64,000 nt of DNA from Candidatus Latescibacterota bacterium (GCA_965203355.1 OZ241889.1:416001-480000), one strand, 5' to 3'. Positions 10,104 through 19,976 are shown, counted from the first letter of the stretch. The notes: generated from the letters alone by a model not told the origin. Program-made: numbers and translations.

Positions 10104-11909
10104 ATGCACAACCTGCGCCAATTTCTCGCTCTGCTGCGCCGCGAAGGCGAGCTCGTCACTGTTGACGCGCCGGTTTCCGCTGAACTCGAAATCGCCGAGA
10201 TCCACCGCCGCGTCCTCGCCGCGGCTGGTCCGGCCCTGCTCTTCACGCACGTCGAAGGGGCGGACTTTCCCTGCGTCACCAACCTCTTTGGCACGGCCCG
10301 GCGCGTCGAGCTGGCCTTTGGCCCGAGGCCAGAGCGGTTTATCCAACAGCTAGTGCAACTGGCCCAAGACCTGCCCTCGCTCTCGCCGGGCAAGCTCTGG
10401 CCGCACAAAAACCTGATCCCCGCCGCGCTCAAGGTCGGGTTGAAGACCGTCGGCAAAGGTCCGGTCGGCGAGTGCGTACAGTCGCCGACCGACCTCGCAC
10501 GCCTACCCCTGCTCAAAACGTGGCCCGAGGACGGCGGACACTTCATCACCTTGCCGCTGGTCTATACCGAACACCCGGACACCGGGCATCACAACCTCGG
10601 CATGTACCGCATCCAGCGCCACGACTCCCAGACCCTCGGCGTCCACTGGCAAATCCAGAAAGGCGGCGGCTTTCACTATCACGTGGCCGAGCAGCGAGGC
10701 GAAAACCTGCCGCTAGTCATCTTCGTGGGTGGGCCTCCAGCGCTGATGCTCGCGGCGATCGCGCCGCTGCCCGAGGATTTGCCCGAACTGATCTTGGCCT
10801 CCCTGTTGCAGGGGGAGCGCCTGCGCCGCGTACGAGGCACCACGCTGCCCCTGATCGCCGAAGCCGAATTCGCTATTGAAGGCGTGGTGCCGCCGCACGT
10901 GCGCAAGCCCGAAGGGCCTTTCGGCGATCACTACGGTTATTACTCGCTGCAACACGACTATCCGGTGCTCCGCGCCAAGCACCTCTACCACCGCAAAGAC
11001 GCCATCTTCCCAGCCACTGTAGTAGGCAAGCCCCCGCAGGAAGACATGTTCCTCGGCACCTACATCCAGCAGCTCATGCGGCCCTTGAGCAAGCTGGTAA
11101 TGCCCGCGATCAAGGCCATGTGGAGCTACGGCGAGACCGGCTATCATTCGCTAGCGGCCATCGTCGTCGAGGAGCGCTACCCACGCGAGGCCATGAAGTT
11201 TGCCTTTCGCATCTTGGGCGAGGACGGCGGCCAGCTCAACCTCACCAAGTTCTTGGTCGTAATAGATCGCCCCTTGGACTTGGGCGACTTCCGGCAGGTG
11301 CTCGCGTATGCCCTAGCGCGGGCGCAGCTCGCAACCGACCTTTTCGTCATCGCCAACCTCGCCATGGATACCCTCGACTACACAGGCCCGGCCGTAAACC
11401 AAGGCAGCAAAGGAATCCTCATAGGCGTGGGCGATCCGGTCGGCGAATTGCCCGGAGAATTCAGCGGCGACCTGCCCGGTGGAGTCCAAGCCATCGCGGT
11501 GTACTGCCCCGGTGCCCTCGCCGTGCAAGGCCCGTCGTACGCGGAAGATCCCGGCTACGCCCAACACCTCGCCGAAGACCGAGCCGTCGCAGCTTGGCCA
11601 CTGGTATTTTTGGTTGACGACGCCAGCGCGGCCGCGCGGAACGTCACCTTCCTTTGGAGTACCTTTACCCGCTTTGAGCCGGCGGCCGACACCTATGCCG
11701 CGGCCGTCCAGCTCCGTCGTCACCATCCTTGCTATACGCCGCCCATCGTCTTGGATTGCCGCATGAAACCCGGCTATCCAGCCGAGCTGGTAACGGACGA
11801 AGCAACGGCGCAAAAGGTCAGCCGACGCTGGCGAGAGTACTTTCCCCAAGGCGGCATCGAAGGCGCGGAAGACCGCCGCGGCTACACTGGATTTTCCCTA
11901 TTGGATTAA
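10104..11909 (+). CDS. UbiD-family prFMN-dependent decarboxylase (long, MqnL-like form)
   Basis: EIAEIHRR, NLFGT, NLGMYRIQ, EGPFGDHYGYY, VVGKPPQED, DTLDY; ATG at 10104. Confidence 0.88.
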   Translation: MHNLRQFLALLRREGELVTVDAPVSAELEIAEIHRRVLAAAGPALLFTHVEGADFPCVTNLFGTARRVELAFGPRPERFIQQLVQLAQDLPSLSPGKLWPHKNLIPAALKVGLKTVGKGPVGECVQSPTDLARLPLLKTWPEDGGHFITLPLVYTEHPDTGHHNLGMYRIQRHDSQTLGVHWQIQKGGGFHYHVAEQRGENLPLVIFVGGPPALMLAAIAPLPEDLPELILASLLQGERLRRVRGTTLPLIAEAEFAIEGVVPPHVRKPEGPFGDHYGYYSLQHDYPVLRAKHLYHRKDAIFPATVVGKPPQEDMFLGTYIQQLMRPLSKLVMPAIKAMWSYGETGYHSLAAIVVEERYPREAMKFAFRILGEDGGQLNLTKFLVVIDRPLDLGDFRQVLAYALARAQLATDLFVIANLAMDTLDYTGPAVNQGSKGILIGVGDPVGELPGEFSGDLPGGVQAIAVYCPGALAVQGPSYAEDPGYAQHLAEDRAVAAWPLVFLVDDASAAARNVTFLWSTFTRFEPAADTYAAAVQLRRHHPCYTPPIVLDCRMKPGYPAELVTDEATAQKVSRRWREYFPQGGIEGAEDRRGYTGFSLLD

Positions 11910-11913
11910 CGCT

Positions 11914-13314
11914 ATGGATGACGCCCTAGCATTTGCTCCCATCGCCAAACTCGCCACCTTGATCCGCCGCCGCGAACTCTCTCCGCTCGAACTCACCGAT
12001 CTGTATCTAGAGCGCATTGAGCAATACGATCCGGCACTCAACGCCTATCTCGCCGTACCGTCTGCACGGGCGCGCGCCCAAGCCCGCGCCGCCGAAGCGC
12101 AAATTGCGGCCGGCACCTACCTCGGCCCCTTGCACGGCATTCCTCTCGCCTTTAAAGACCTCGTGGATGTCGCGGGCCTGCCGACCACCGGCGGCTCGAT
12201 CCTGCTGCGCGATAACGTCGCCACAGCCGACGCCGCGATTGCCCGCCGCCTGTTTGCCGCGGGGGCCGTGCTCTTGGGCAAGACGCATCTCGTGGAATTC
12301 GCTTTTGGCGGCACGGGCGTCAACCACCACTACGGCACCCCGGTCAACCCCTGGGATCCCGCAACCCACCGCCTGCCGGGCGGATCGTCCTCGGGCTCGG
12401 GCGTGGCCGTGGCGGCGGGGCTGGCACCGGCCGCCCTCGGCTCGGACACCGGCGGCTCGGTGCGGATTCCCGCGTCCTTTTGCGGCCTCACCGGCCTCAA
12501 GCCCACCTTTGGCTTGCTCTCCAACACCGGCGTCTTGCCCCTCGACCCCACCCTCGACAGCATCGGGCCTTTGTGCCGCACGGCGCAAGACTGCGCCCTG
12601 TTGTGCCAAGCCATGGCGGATACCCTGCCTGATGATTCGCTGGTGGACCGCTTGGAAGGAGAGGTCGCCGGCCTCCGGCTGTGCTTCCCACGCGAGTATT
12701 TCTGGGCCGAGGTCGATGCCGAGGTCGAAGCGGCCGTGCGCGCTGCGGCGAGCGTCTTCGCCGACCTCGGGGTCTATGTCGATGAAATATCGCTCGAGGT
12801 GCTCGACGATCTAGTCGAATGGCGCAGCGGGCCTAGCACCACGGCCGTCGAAGCCTATCTCTATCACCGGCGCAACCTCGCAGCGCACCTCGATCAGTTC
12901 GACCCGGTTGTCTCGGCACGCATACTCGACGGCCGCGATGTCCGCGCCGCAGACTTCCTCCAGCAACTCAGAATACGCGACGAGCTGCGCAGCAAAGCCC
13001 GCACGGCCCTCGAAAACGTCGATTTCCTCATCACCCCGACCACCCCTTTTGCCGCCCCGGTGCTCGACGAGATCGACCGCGACGACGTCTACTTCCCCAT
13101 CAATGGCCTCTGCCTGCGCAACACCATCGCCGTCAATATCCTCGGCCTGTGCGCCGTTTCCCTGCCCTGCGGATTCACGCGCGACGGCTTGCCCATCGGC
13201 TTACAGCTCATCGGCCACGCCCACGACGAAGCGCGGCTGCTGCGCCTCGCCCGCGCCTTTGAGCAAGCCACCGGCCATAACCTCCGCACACCCGCGCTCG
13301 ACGACTTCGCCTAG
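11914..13314 (+). CDS. amidase signature family protein (GatA/AtzE-like)
   Basis: GPLHGIPLAFKD, PGGSSSGS, GSDTGGSVRIPASFCG. Confidence 0.9.
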   Translation: MDDALAFAPIAKLATLIRRRELSPLELTDLYLERIEQYDPALNAYLAVPSARARAQARAAEAQIAAGTYLGPLHGIPLAFKDLVDVAGLPTTGGSILLRDNVATADAAIARRLFAAGAVLLGKTHLVEFAFGGTGVNHHYGTPVNPWDPATHRLPGGSSSGSGVAVAAGLAPAALGSDTGGSVRIPASFCGLTGLKPTFGLLSNTGVLPLDPTLDSIGPLCRTAQDCALLCQAMADTLPDDSLVDRLEGEVAGLRLCFPREYFWAEVDAEVEAAVRAAASVFADLGVYVDEISLEVLDDLVEWRSGPSTTAVEAYLYHRRNLAAHLDQFDPVVSARILDGRDVRAADFLQQLRIRDELRSKARTALENVDFLITPTTPFAAPVLDEIDRDDVYFPINGLCLRNTIAVNILGLCAVSLPCGFTRDGLPIGLQLIGHAHDEARLLRLARAFEQATGHNLRTPALDDFA

Positions 13315-13333
13315 CAAAATGCCGCGGGCTGGC

Positions 13334-13362
13334 TTGCCAATACGCGGGGTCATTTCTATATT
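13334..13362 (+). promoter_or_regulatory. putative sigma70 promoter of tRNA-Glu
   Basis: TTGCCA-17 bp-TATATT, 13 bp upstream of the tRNA. Confidence 0.6.
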
Positions 13363-13375
13363 TTTTGCTTTGCGT

Positions 13376-13450
13376 GCTCCCATCGTCTAGCGGTTAGGAC
13401 CCAGGGTTTTCAACCCTGTAACCGGAGTTCGAGTCTCCGTGGGAGCACCA
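13376..13450 (+). tRNA. tRNA-Glu (TTC)
   Basis: Acceptor stem GCTCCCA/TGGGAGC, anticodon arm CAGGG-TTTTCAA-CCCTG, GTTCGAG T-loop, encoded CCA. Confidence 0.96.
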
Positions 13451-13504
13451 TTTTTTTGTACGCGGCGTGCCTCGCGCTCGACCACCGCATTGGAAGGTTT
13501 TGCC

Positions 13505-14257
13505 ATGCCTCATCTCACCTCCGCCGACAAGCGTTCCTTTAAGGAAAAGGGTTGTCTCATCGTGCGCGGCGTCCTCACGCCAGCGCAAATTCAAGCGGCT
13601 CAGGACGCCCTTTGGGCTGGCATCGAGGCCGACCGCGACGATCCTGCAACCTGGGTCGAAGCCGGGCCGCGCACACCTGCGCCCGGCCATCACCCGGCCA
13701 TCCACGCCACCGTCCACGAGTCGCCGCTGTTTGCGATGATGGAGGAAATGGTTGGCGCAGGCCAGCTCAATCTCGGCAGTGCCGGCCCCGCGTTGGTTTA
13801 TCCATCCAAAGACAAGACTTGGTCCCTGCCGACACGCGGCCACCTCGACGGCTACTACACCCCAACCAACGGCGTACCCGAAGGCACGGTCGGCTACATG
13901 ACCATCAACGTCACGATCTACGTCGAGGACATCAGCTCGCAGGGCGGCTGCTTCACCTATTGGCCCGGCAGCCACCACGTGGCGTACGAGTACTTCAAGA
14001 CGCACTCGTTGCTGTCGGTGCAGGGCGGCGTTTCCAGCGACGTGTTTTCCGCGGGAGCTTTTCCCCAAGGGCGCGAATTTGTCGGCAAAGCGGGCGATGC
14101 CATCTTCTGGCACGGCCAGCTCTTTCACACGGGTTCCAAAAACGTCAATCGCAGTATCCGCATGGCCCTCATCGGCCGCTTCTCGCGCAAAGACACCAAC
14201 GATATTCGCTTTGAGACCTGCGACGATCAGTGGGCGCATTGGGAGGGGATTAGCTAA
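13505..14257 (+). CDS. phytanoyl-CoA dioxygenase (PhyH) family protein
   Basis: F.EKG.LIVRGVL, HLD, WPGSH, GDAIFWHGQLFH; ATG at 13505. Confidence 0.85.
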   Translation: MPHLTSADKRSFKEKGCLIVRGVLTPAQIQAAQDALWAGIEADRDDPATWVEAGPRTPAPGHHPAIHATVHESPLFAMMEEMVGAGQLNLGSAGPALVYPSKDKTWSLPTRGHLDGYYTPTNGVPEGTVGYMTINVTIYVEDISSQGGCFTYWPGSHHVAYEYFKTHSLLSVQGGVSSDVFSAGAFPQGREFVGKAGDAIFWHGQLFHTGSKNVNRSIRMALIGRFSRKDTNDIRFETCDDQWAHWEGIS

Positions 14258-15027
14258 TGCACCTCGTCTTCAGCCCAACTCTCTGCCCAGCCCTGCTCTT
14301 GCCCGCAGTACTCGACCTCGCCAAAGCGGCCGGCTTTTCCCGCCTCGAGCTCTTCCGCGCTTACACCGAGAGCACTCCCGTCCACCGCGACTGGTCCGTG
14401 CCCATGGTCCGCACCGCCATTGCGGACGCCGGTCTCGCGCTTTCCAGCTTCAACATCCGCAATCTCACCGGGCGCAAAGCCGATTCCGACGAGCGCAATC
14501 TCGCCTACAACCTGCGCCAGCTCGAATGGGACATCCACTTAGGCCGCGCCCTCGGCGTCAAAGCCCTAAACGCGAAGGGCGGTGCTCGCACGGACGCGGC
14601 ACTCGCCGACCTCATCGAAGGCGTCAACACGCTCCTCGACAACATTCCCGACATCGCCCTCAACTTGGGCAACCACCAAGGCAATCGCCTGCAAGGACTC
14701 GCCGACTACCAAGCGGTGATGCCCGAGCTGTCCGAGCGGGCGCGCGTACTCTTAGATACCGGGCACCTGCTCTCGGTCGGCGAACCAATCATGCCCTTTG
14801 CCGAAGCATTCGCTGGGCGCATCGGTCTCGTCCACCTGCGCGACCAGCGGGGCGCAAAGCCCGTGCCCTTCGGCGAAGGCGAGTTGCCCTTTGCCGAGTT
14901 GTTCGGACTGTTAGCGGATAGCGGTTACGACGGCCCGCTCGTCGTCGAGCTTGAAGAGGTCGATTGGGACGAGCCGCTTTCGGCGGCTATTGCCGCACGA
15001 GAATACGTCGAGGCCCTGCTCGCCTGA
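14257..15027 (+). CDS. sugar-phosphate isomerase/epimerase (xylose isomerase-like TIM barrel)
   Basis: LLDTGH, VHLRD, PFGEG, GYDGPLVVELE. Confidence 0.8.
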   Translation: MHLVFSPTLCPALLLPAVLDLAKAAGFSRLELFRAYTESTPVHRDWSVPMVRTAIADAGLALSSFNIRNLTGRKADSDERNLAYNLRQLEWDIHLGRALGVKALNAKGGARTDAALADLIEGVNTLLDNIPDIALNLGNHQGNRLQGLADYQAVMPELSERARVLLDTGHLLSVGEPIMPFAEAFAGRIGLVHLRDQRGAKPVPFGEGELPFAELFGLLADSGYDGPLVVELEEVDWDEPLSAAIAAREYVEALLA

Positions 15028-15121
15028 GTTTGGGCGCGACGCCCCCTAGAAGCGGTCGAGTTTTGAGCATTTCACCTGCGATATCCAGCAGGAATTTCCT
15101 ATTTTCTAGGCTAAGGAGGAA

Positions 15122-15367
15122 TTGACTATGCCCATGATAAGGAAACGCATTTGCTTGGATGAGCCGTTTGACCTAGAACCAAATGCGAAACTGATTGTCA
15201 CGATTCTACCAGGACGAGAATCTGACAGCGAGTATGCAGCTTGGTTGCATTTATCCGCTCAAAGACTAAGAGACGCCTACGGAGAGAACGAACCTGAGTA
15301 TTCAGCGGAGTTGCTCAAAGAGGTGAATCCCGGCTATGAAAAATGCCTCAGGCCGATGGACAAATAA
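15122..15367 (+). CDS. putative antitoxin of a PemK/MazF module (possibly eroded)
   Basis: LDEPFDLEPNAKLIVT...W..LS...L..AYGENEPEYS; lies directly upstream of a MazF-like ORF; lower GC by eye. Confidence 0.55.
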   Translation: MTMPMIRKRICLDEPFDLEPNAKLIVTILPGRESDSEYAAWLHLSAQRLRDAYGENEPEYSAELLKEVNPGYEKCLRPMDK

Positions 15368-15654
15368 AGAACAGACCTGCCATTTTCCTACGGGAAATGC
15401 CGCCCTATCGCGATTTGCTCGTTTGCGGTGTAAGCACACAGTTACATCAGCACGTCGAGGACTTTGACGAAACCATTTCTTTTATCGACGAAGATTTCAA
15501 GTCGAGTGGTCTGCGATCAATATCTCTGATTCGACTTGGCTTTCTCGCGGTGTTACCGCGTCATAGTGTGCTTGGCACTGTGGGTTCCATTTCAGCCGAA
15601 CGGCACAAACGTCTATTGAGAAAGCTGAGTGATTACCTCACTTACGCTCCCTGA
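15343..15654 (+). CDS. PemK/MazF-family toxin, apparently lacking its first beta-strand
   Basis: PQADGQIKNRPAI, VCGVST, SGLRS.SLIRL, VLGTVGSIS; no 'GDV' N-terminal strand in frame. Confidence 0.7.
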   Translation: MPQADGQIKNRPAIFLREMPPYRDLLVCGVSTQLHQHVEDFDETISFIDEDFKSSGLRSISLIRLGFLAVLPRHSVLGTVGSISAERHKRLLRKLSDYLTYAP

Positions 15655-15808
15655 TCTTTTGCGGCCTCAAACGCCGTATTCGCTCTCTAGTTTCGATGTA
15701 CTTTTTCAGGTTGATCATCAAATCCGCCCGGACTTTTAGGCTCGCCGCTTCTTCCGGCCCAAAACCAAGATCCTCAAATACGTTATCGCTGCCTCGGATC
15801 ACTTCCAT
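15638..15808 (-). pseudogene. truncated HigA2-like/XRE antitoxin
   Basis: Manual translation MEVIRGSDNVFEDLGFGPEEAASLKVRADLMINL..., which stops before the HTH; RBS AAGGAG upstream. Confidence 0.65.
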
Positions 15809-15861
15809 AGTGTAGTCTCCTTATTCTCCTTGCCGATGTTTTAGCAGCATGCGGAATCTGG

Positions 15862-18800
15862 CTACCGCAGCAGGATGAGCTTGCGCGTCAAGACCGTCTC
15901 GTCCGTCACCAGCCGATACAGATAAACGCCGCTAGCTACCGGGCGACCCGCCGCGTCCCGCCCCTCCCAATGGAGCCGGTGATAGCCCGCCTGCTGCGGC
16001 CCGTGCGACAAGACCGCCACCCGTTGCCCGGTCAAGGCGAATACTTCTAGACGGATCAAACCCGGCTCCGGCAAGAAATAGGAAAGAATCGTCTGGCTGT
16101 TGAATGGATTGGGCGCGTTCTGCGCCAACTGCGGGCTGTCGGGCAGGGCCGCCCGCTTGCCGCTGCCAAAAAGGTCGAACAAAGTGGCTAAGGGATCCTC
16201 TTGCCCGGTGGCGGTAAAGGTCACCGGCTCCAACCCTGCGACGGTAGCTTCCACCGTGTTCGTCCCCGGCTCGCTGCCCAGCGTCAGTGTGCTTCGGGCT
16301 CGACCGTTGGCATTGGTAGTGGCCGTGGCGGAAGACAGCCTCCCCCCGCCAGCAGTGACCGTAAACGACACGTCCACCCCAGCTATCACTGCACCATCCT
16401 CATCCGACACTAAAACCATAAAAGGCGTGGCCAGTTGGGTGCTCGCCGTGCCTTCTTGACCATCGCCACAGACCTTTGTCAGTCTATGAGGCATGGCTTG
16501 CTCGGCGGCCGTAGCGGTAAAGGTCACCGGCTCCAACTCCGAGACGGTGACTTCCACCGTATTCGTACCCGGCTCGCTACCCAGCGTCAGCCGGGCCGTA
16601 GCGCGGCCGTTGGTATCGGTAGTGGCGGTGATGGACGACGTAGAAACTGTGAAAATACAAGGGTTGGCATCAGTGGTGGAAGACAGCATTCCTCCACCAG
16701 CGGCAATCGAGAAAGTTGCGTCTATGTCCGGTAAGGGGGACCCATCTTGATCCAACACCGAAACCACAAACGGCGCAGCCAGTTGGGTGCTCGCTGGGCC
16801 TGCTTGACTATCGCCGGAGACCTTCGTCAAGGTATGGGCCGTTTGCTCGGTGGCCGTAGCGGTAAAAGTCACTGTCCTCAGTCCTGCGACGGTGGCTTCC
16901 ACCGTGTTCGTACCCGGCTCGTTGCCCAGCGTCAGTGTGCTGCTGGCTCGACCGCTGGCATCGGTGGTAACGGTGGTGGAAGACAGCAGCCCTCCGCCAG
17001 CGGCAATCGAAAAAGTTACGACCGCCCCGGCAAAAGCTGCGCCGTTTTGATCTAACACGGAAACGACGAATGGGTTGGACAACGCAGCACCGACGCGGCC
17101 TGCTTGACCATCGCCGGAGACTTTCGTCAAGGTATGGGGCATAGACTGCTCGACGGGGGTGGTCTTCGGCTCGGCAGGCCCCGTCCACTCAGACAGATCC
17201 CATAACTGTGCCACTCCTCTACTTCTCATGTATGTACCATATCCTCGTACCGCCAAAACCTCATTTTCGGAAGAAAATTTCAACCCATAAATTTCTTTTA
17301 CCGTAGAAGAAACAGGAAAACTGTTGACAAGTTTCATGGTATTAACATTCCATAACTTAACCGTTCCGCCTCCGGCGATCTTATCGCGTGAAATACGTCT
17401 CCGGATGATCCACCTTTCCGATGCTGATGCTAGGAACTTGCCATCAGGAGAAAATATAAGAGGATCACTGCCTGGAAGGCTAATAACATTCTTTCCTGTG
17501 GCCACATCCCACAACTTGACCTCCGAGGTTTGTAGAGTGGGATCGAGGAAATTTGACCAATACCTAGGTAACCCTCCCGCCGACGCCAATAGCTTGCCGT
17601 CGGGAGAAAAAGACAAATGAGAGGACCCCCCCCAATAACGACTTACTAATTTATGTGGTTCTAAGATCGTGGCAATATTCTTCTGCGAGGCTGTATCCCA
17701 CACCTTAATCACGCTTTTGTGGTAGCTTACGTTTATCAATGATGCCAACAGTTTGCCGTCAGGAGAAAAAACTAGAGATACTACACGGCCGTAATCCGGA
17801 CCCGTGAAAACGGTAGAGACATGGTCGCCTGTTGTTGTATTCCATATATGTACGTCAGAATCGTACCAGCCACCGGACGCTAGCAGCTTGCCATCAGGAG
17901 AAAGGGCTAAAGCAGAGACATAAGGAGGGCGATTACGCGTGTTCTTATGTGAAGTCCTAATGGACACAATGGACACAAGGTAACTCCCGTCTCTTATGTC
18001 CCACACTTCAATAGAACCGTCAGAGGACTCTAAAGCCACACTTTTTGTATCGGCAGAAAAGGCCACCATATCTCCAACAGGCTCCGAGATGGGTAAGCTA
18101 TTTATAAAGCGGCCTGTTAATAAGTTCCACAACTCGGTCCCACCTAAAAAGCCGATCCAGTTCTCCCTCGATAGAAAAGCCATACCATCAATAGGAGCAC
18201 CATCAGGAGTTTCAAAATCGACAATCGGTCCTTTGTACTTGTTGTTGATCAGTTCAAAGTCCTCATATAAAGTATTTAAGCCAGTGAAATCGCCTAAAAC
18301 ATCAAGGGTTACTATTCGCAGTATTTGCGACCTGGAAGATGTAAAGTCTGACTCTGGTATAGACGGAATAACTCCATCATGATCAAATTCAACGACAGTG
18401 GTTGTTTGGCCATCTAGCCCTTGACATGATATGACCTCCTGCCCATATACACCTTCGGTAAGCAGTATCGCATGATGTAAGCCATCTGGATCACGGAGTC
18501 TGGCTCTGACAGAAATACTTGTTGCACCTTCTGTGTTGATAGGCGACGAAGTCAACGGTGTGACTCCTTCTGCTGAGGATCTACTTGTACCATACCTATA
18601 CCCATATTGAATAGGGTTTTGGCGATTAAAATAGGGATTGACAATCAAAGATTGGGCACTGCAAAAAGACAACAATTGAGTGGTATCAAACTCCGTATCT
18701 GGCATGTATCCATACGACATCACGTAGTCATCGTCACGAAAATCATGTGCTAGGCCGAAGAGATGCCCTAACTCGTGGGCATATGTTTTGATTGACGATG

Positions 18801-19422
18801 AATAAGAAACGAAAGCCAAACCTGAATATGAATAGGCTACGCCTCCACCTCTATCATCACCGTAATCAAGGATGACTAAATAATTACTCATATCGATATC
18901 AAAGACTGAGGCTATCTCCTCTAACGAGCTAAGATAAGTTTTATAATGGCTAGCTGGATGTTTTCCATCCACGCGATGCACCAGCGGTTCGCCCGCAGTA
19001 TCTTTTTCAAAGAGGAAACTTTGAGGCCCATATCCATGCGCGGACATCTGATTGGCAAAAAAGTTCTGCACTCGGCGCATCCTCATTTTCAGCGTATCGA
19101 CCGCTGCGGGGCGATACGGCCGGTCATTCGGTAGGAAATAGATCATCCGCACCGTGCGCGGTTCGCCCCTGTTGAGAGCTTGACTCGCCTTACCAGCCGG
19201 GCGGGGATGATCGCGCCGCCACTGCTCGTAATCAAACGGCAAACAGAAATGCACACTATCAGCTATCGAGGACGACGCATGGGCCACCGCCAGCGACGAG
19301 AGCAAGAGGCCGATTAACGCGAAAATAATGGGAATCATTGGTACAAAGCGCAGGCGTCGGCTGCGAAGCGTTCCGCAAACAAGACGACACTCAAAGATAC
19401 GATACGTTCGGTGCATTTCCAC
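15862..19422 (-). CDS. secreted multidomain protein: zincin (HELGHxxGLxHD) + WD40 propeller + 3 Ig-like (Big-1/invasin-type) repeats + FlgD/secretion C-terminal domain
   Basis: Signal-like IIFALIGLLLSSLAVA, AHELGHLFGLAHD, repeated FSPDGKLLAS...VKLWD, three LTKV.GDGQ...PFVVSV...TLTLG.EPGTNTVE repeats, QNAPNPFN...SGVYLYRL; start at 19422 or 19338. Confidence 0.85.
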   Translation of the reverse strand: MEMHRTYRIFECRLVCGTLRSRRLRFVPMIPIIFALIGLLLSSLAVAHASSSIADSVHFCLPFDYEQWRRDHPRPAGKASQALNRGEPRTVRMIYFLPNDRPYRPAAVDTLKMRMRRVQNFFANQMSAHGYGPQSFLFEKDTAGEPLVHRVDGKHPASHYKTYLSSLEEIASVFDIDMSNYLVILDYGDDRGGGVAYSYSGLAFVSYSSSIKTYAHELGHLFGLAHDFRDDDYVMSYGYMPDTEFDTTQLLSFCSAQSLIVNPYFNRQNPIQYGYRYGTSRSSAEGVTPLTSSPINTEGATSISVRARLRDPDGLHHAILLTEGVYGQEVISCQGLDGQTTTVVEFDHDGVIPSIPESDFTSSRSQILRIVTLDVLGDFTGLNTLYEDFELINNKYKGPIVDFETPDGAPIDGMAFLSRENWIGFLGGTELWNLLTGRFINSLPISEPVGDMVAFSADTKSVALESSDGSIEVWDIRDGSYLVSIVSIRTSHKNTRNRPPYVSALALSPDGKLLASGGWYDSDVHIWNTTTGDHVSTVFTGPDYGRVVSLVFSPDGKLLASLINVSYHKSVIKVWDTASQKNIATILEPHKLVSRYWGGSSHLSFSPDGKLLASAGGLPRYWSNFLDPTLQTSEVKLWDVATGKNVISLPGSDPLIFSPDGKFLASASERWIIRRRISRDKIAGGGTVKLWNVNTMKLVNSFPVSSTVKEIYGLKFSSENEVLAVRGYGTYMRSRGVAQLWDLSEWTGPAEPKTTPVEQSMPHTLTKVSGDGQAGRVGAALSNPFVVSVLDQNGAAFAGAVVTFSIAAGGGLLSSTTVTTDASGRASSTLTLGNEPGTNTVEATVAGLRTVTFTATATEQTAHTLTKVSGDSQAGPASTQLAAPFVVSVLDQDGSPLPDIDATFSIAAGGGMLSSTTDANPCIFTVSTSSITATTDTNGRATARLTLGSEPGTNTVEVTVSELEPVTFTATAAEQAMPHRLTKVCGDGQEGTASTQLATPFMVLVSDEDGAVIAGVDVSFTVTAGGGRLSSATATTNANGRARSTLTLGSEPGTNTVEATVAGLEPVTFTATGQEDPLATLFDLFGSGKRAALPDSPQLAQNAPNPFNSQTILSYFLPEPGLIRLEVFALTGQRVAVLSHGPQQAGYHRLHWEGRDAAGRPVASGVYLYRLVTDETVLTRKLILLR

Positions 19423-19640
19423 ATCTCCTTATGTGAGGTTGGCGTTGTTGGATTCCGAGGAAGCCGATTTGAGATTTCAAAACGTACCACGACCGAAAAT
19501 TGGCCTTCGAGAACTTGCTCCCACCGCTGAGAAAGACGAATCCTTGCCGACGCGGCCGGGCAGAGCAATTCCGCTTCCCGCTTCTGCTTAGGAAGGGGAA
19601 CTATTAAGAATAGAATGCTAGAGCTTAATGCCCAAGAAAT

Positions 19641-19654
19641 GGGGGGGGGGGGGG
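19641..19654. repeat. G14 homopolymer tract
   Basis: 14 consecutive G in an otherwise AT-richer intergenic region. Confidence 0.85.
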
Positions 19655-19976
19655 TAAATCATTGTTTTTTAACGATTTACAATAATAAAGACTCGGCGTT
19701 ATCTCAAGCGTAGAACAAGGCACCGCCACCGCATCAAGCACCGCTCCCGGCGACAGTATTTTTTTAATTATCGAAGCTGATCCCATGTCCTGTTAATCCG
19801 ACTAAGAGTGCCGCAAGCCGCGGGGGTTGTATCCTCGCCGCTGTGAGCTATACTTTACGAACTTCAAGACGATATGTCAAACTCTGGCCCAACAGAACCA
19901 ACCAACCTCCTGCCGTTTGCCCCACCCCATATCACGCCCTACATTCCCCGCCTAGTCCCCCACTCAGGAGCCTACC

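Noticed and set aside
13394-14239. 281-aa antisense ORF and other long antisense ORFs (e.g. 8929-9870, 35170-36003)
   Set aside because: Expected by-product of GC-rich codon bias opposite well-supported genes; no motifs.
13376-15860. tRNA-Glu as attachment site of a genomic island
   Set aside because: No integrase and no duplicated tRNA 3' end noticed in the window; the adjacent genes look native.
16200-17140. Near-identical DNA repeats suggestive of a DGR TR/VR pair or a mobile repeat
   Set aside because: They are in-frame Ig-like domain repeats; no reverse transcriptase is present and no adenine-specific pattern was evident.
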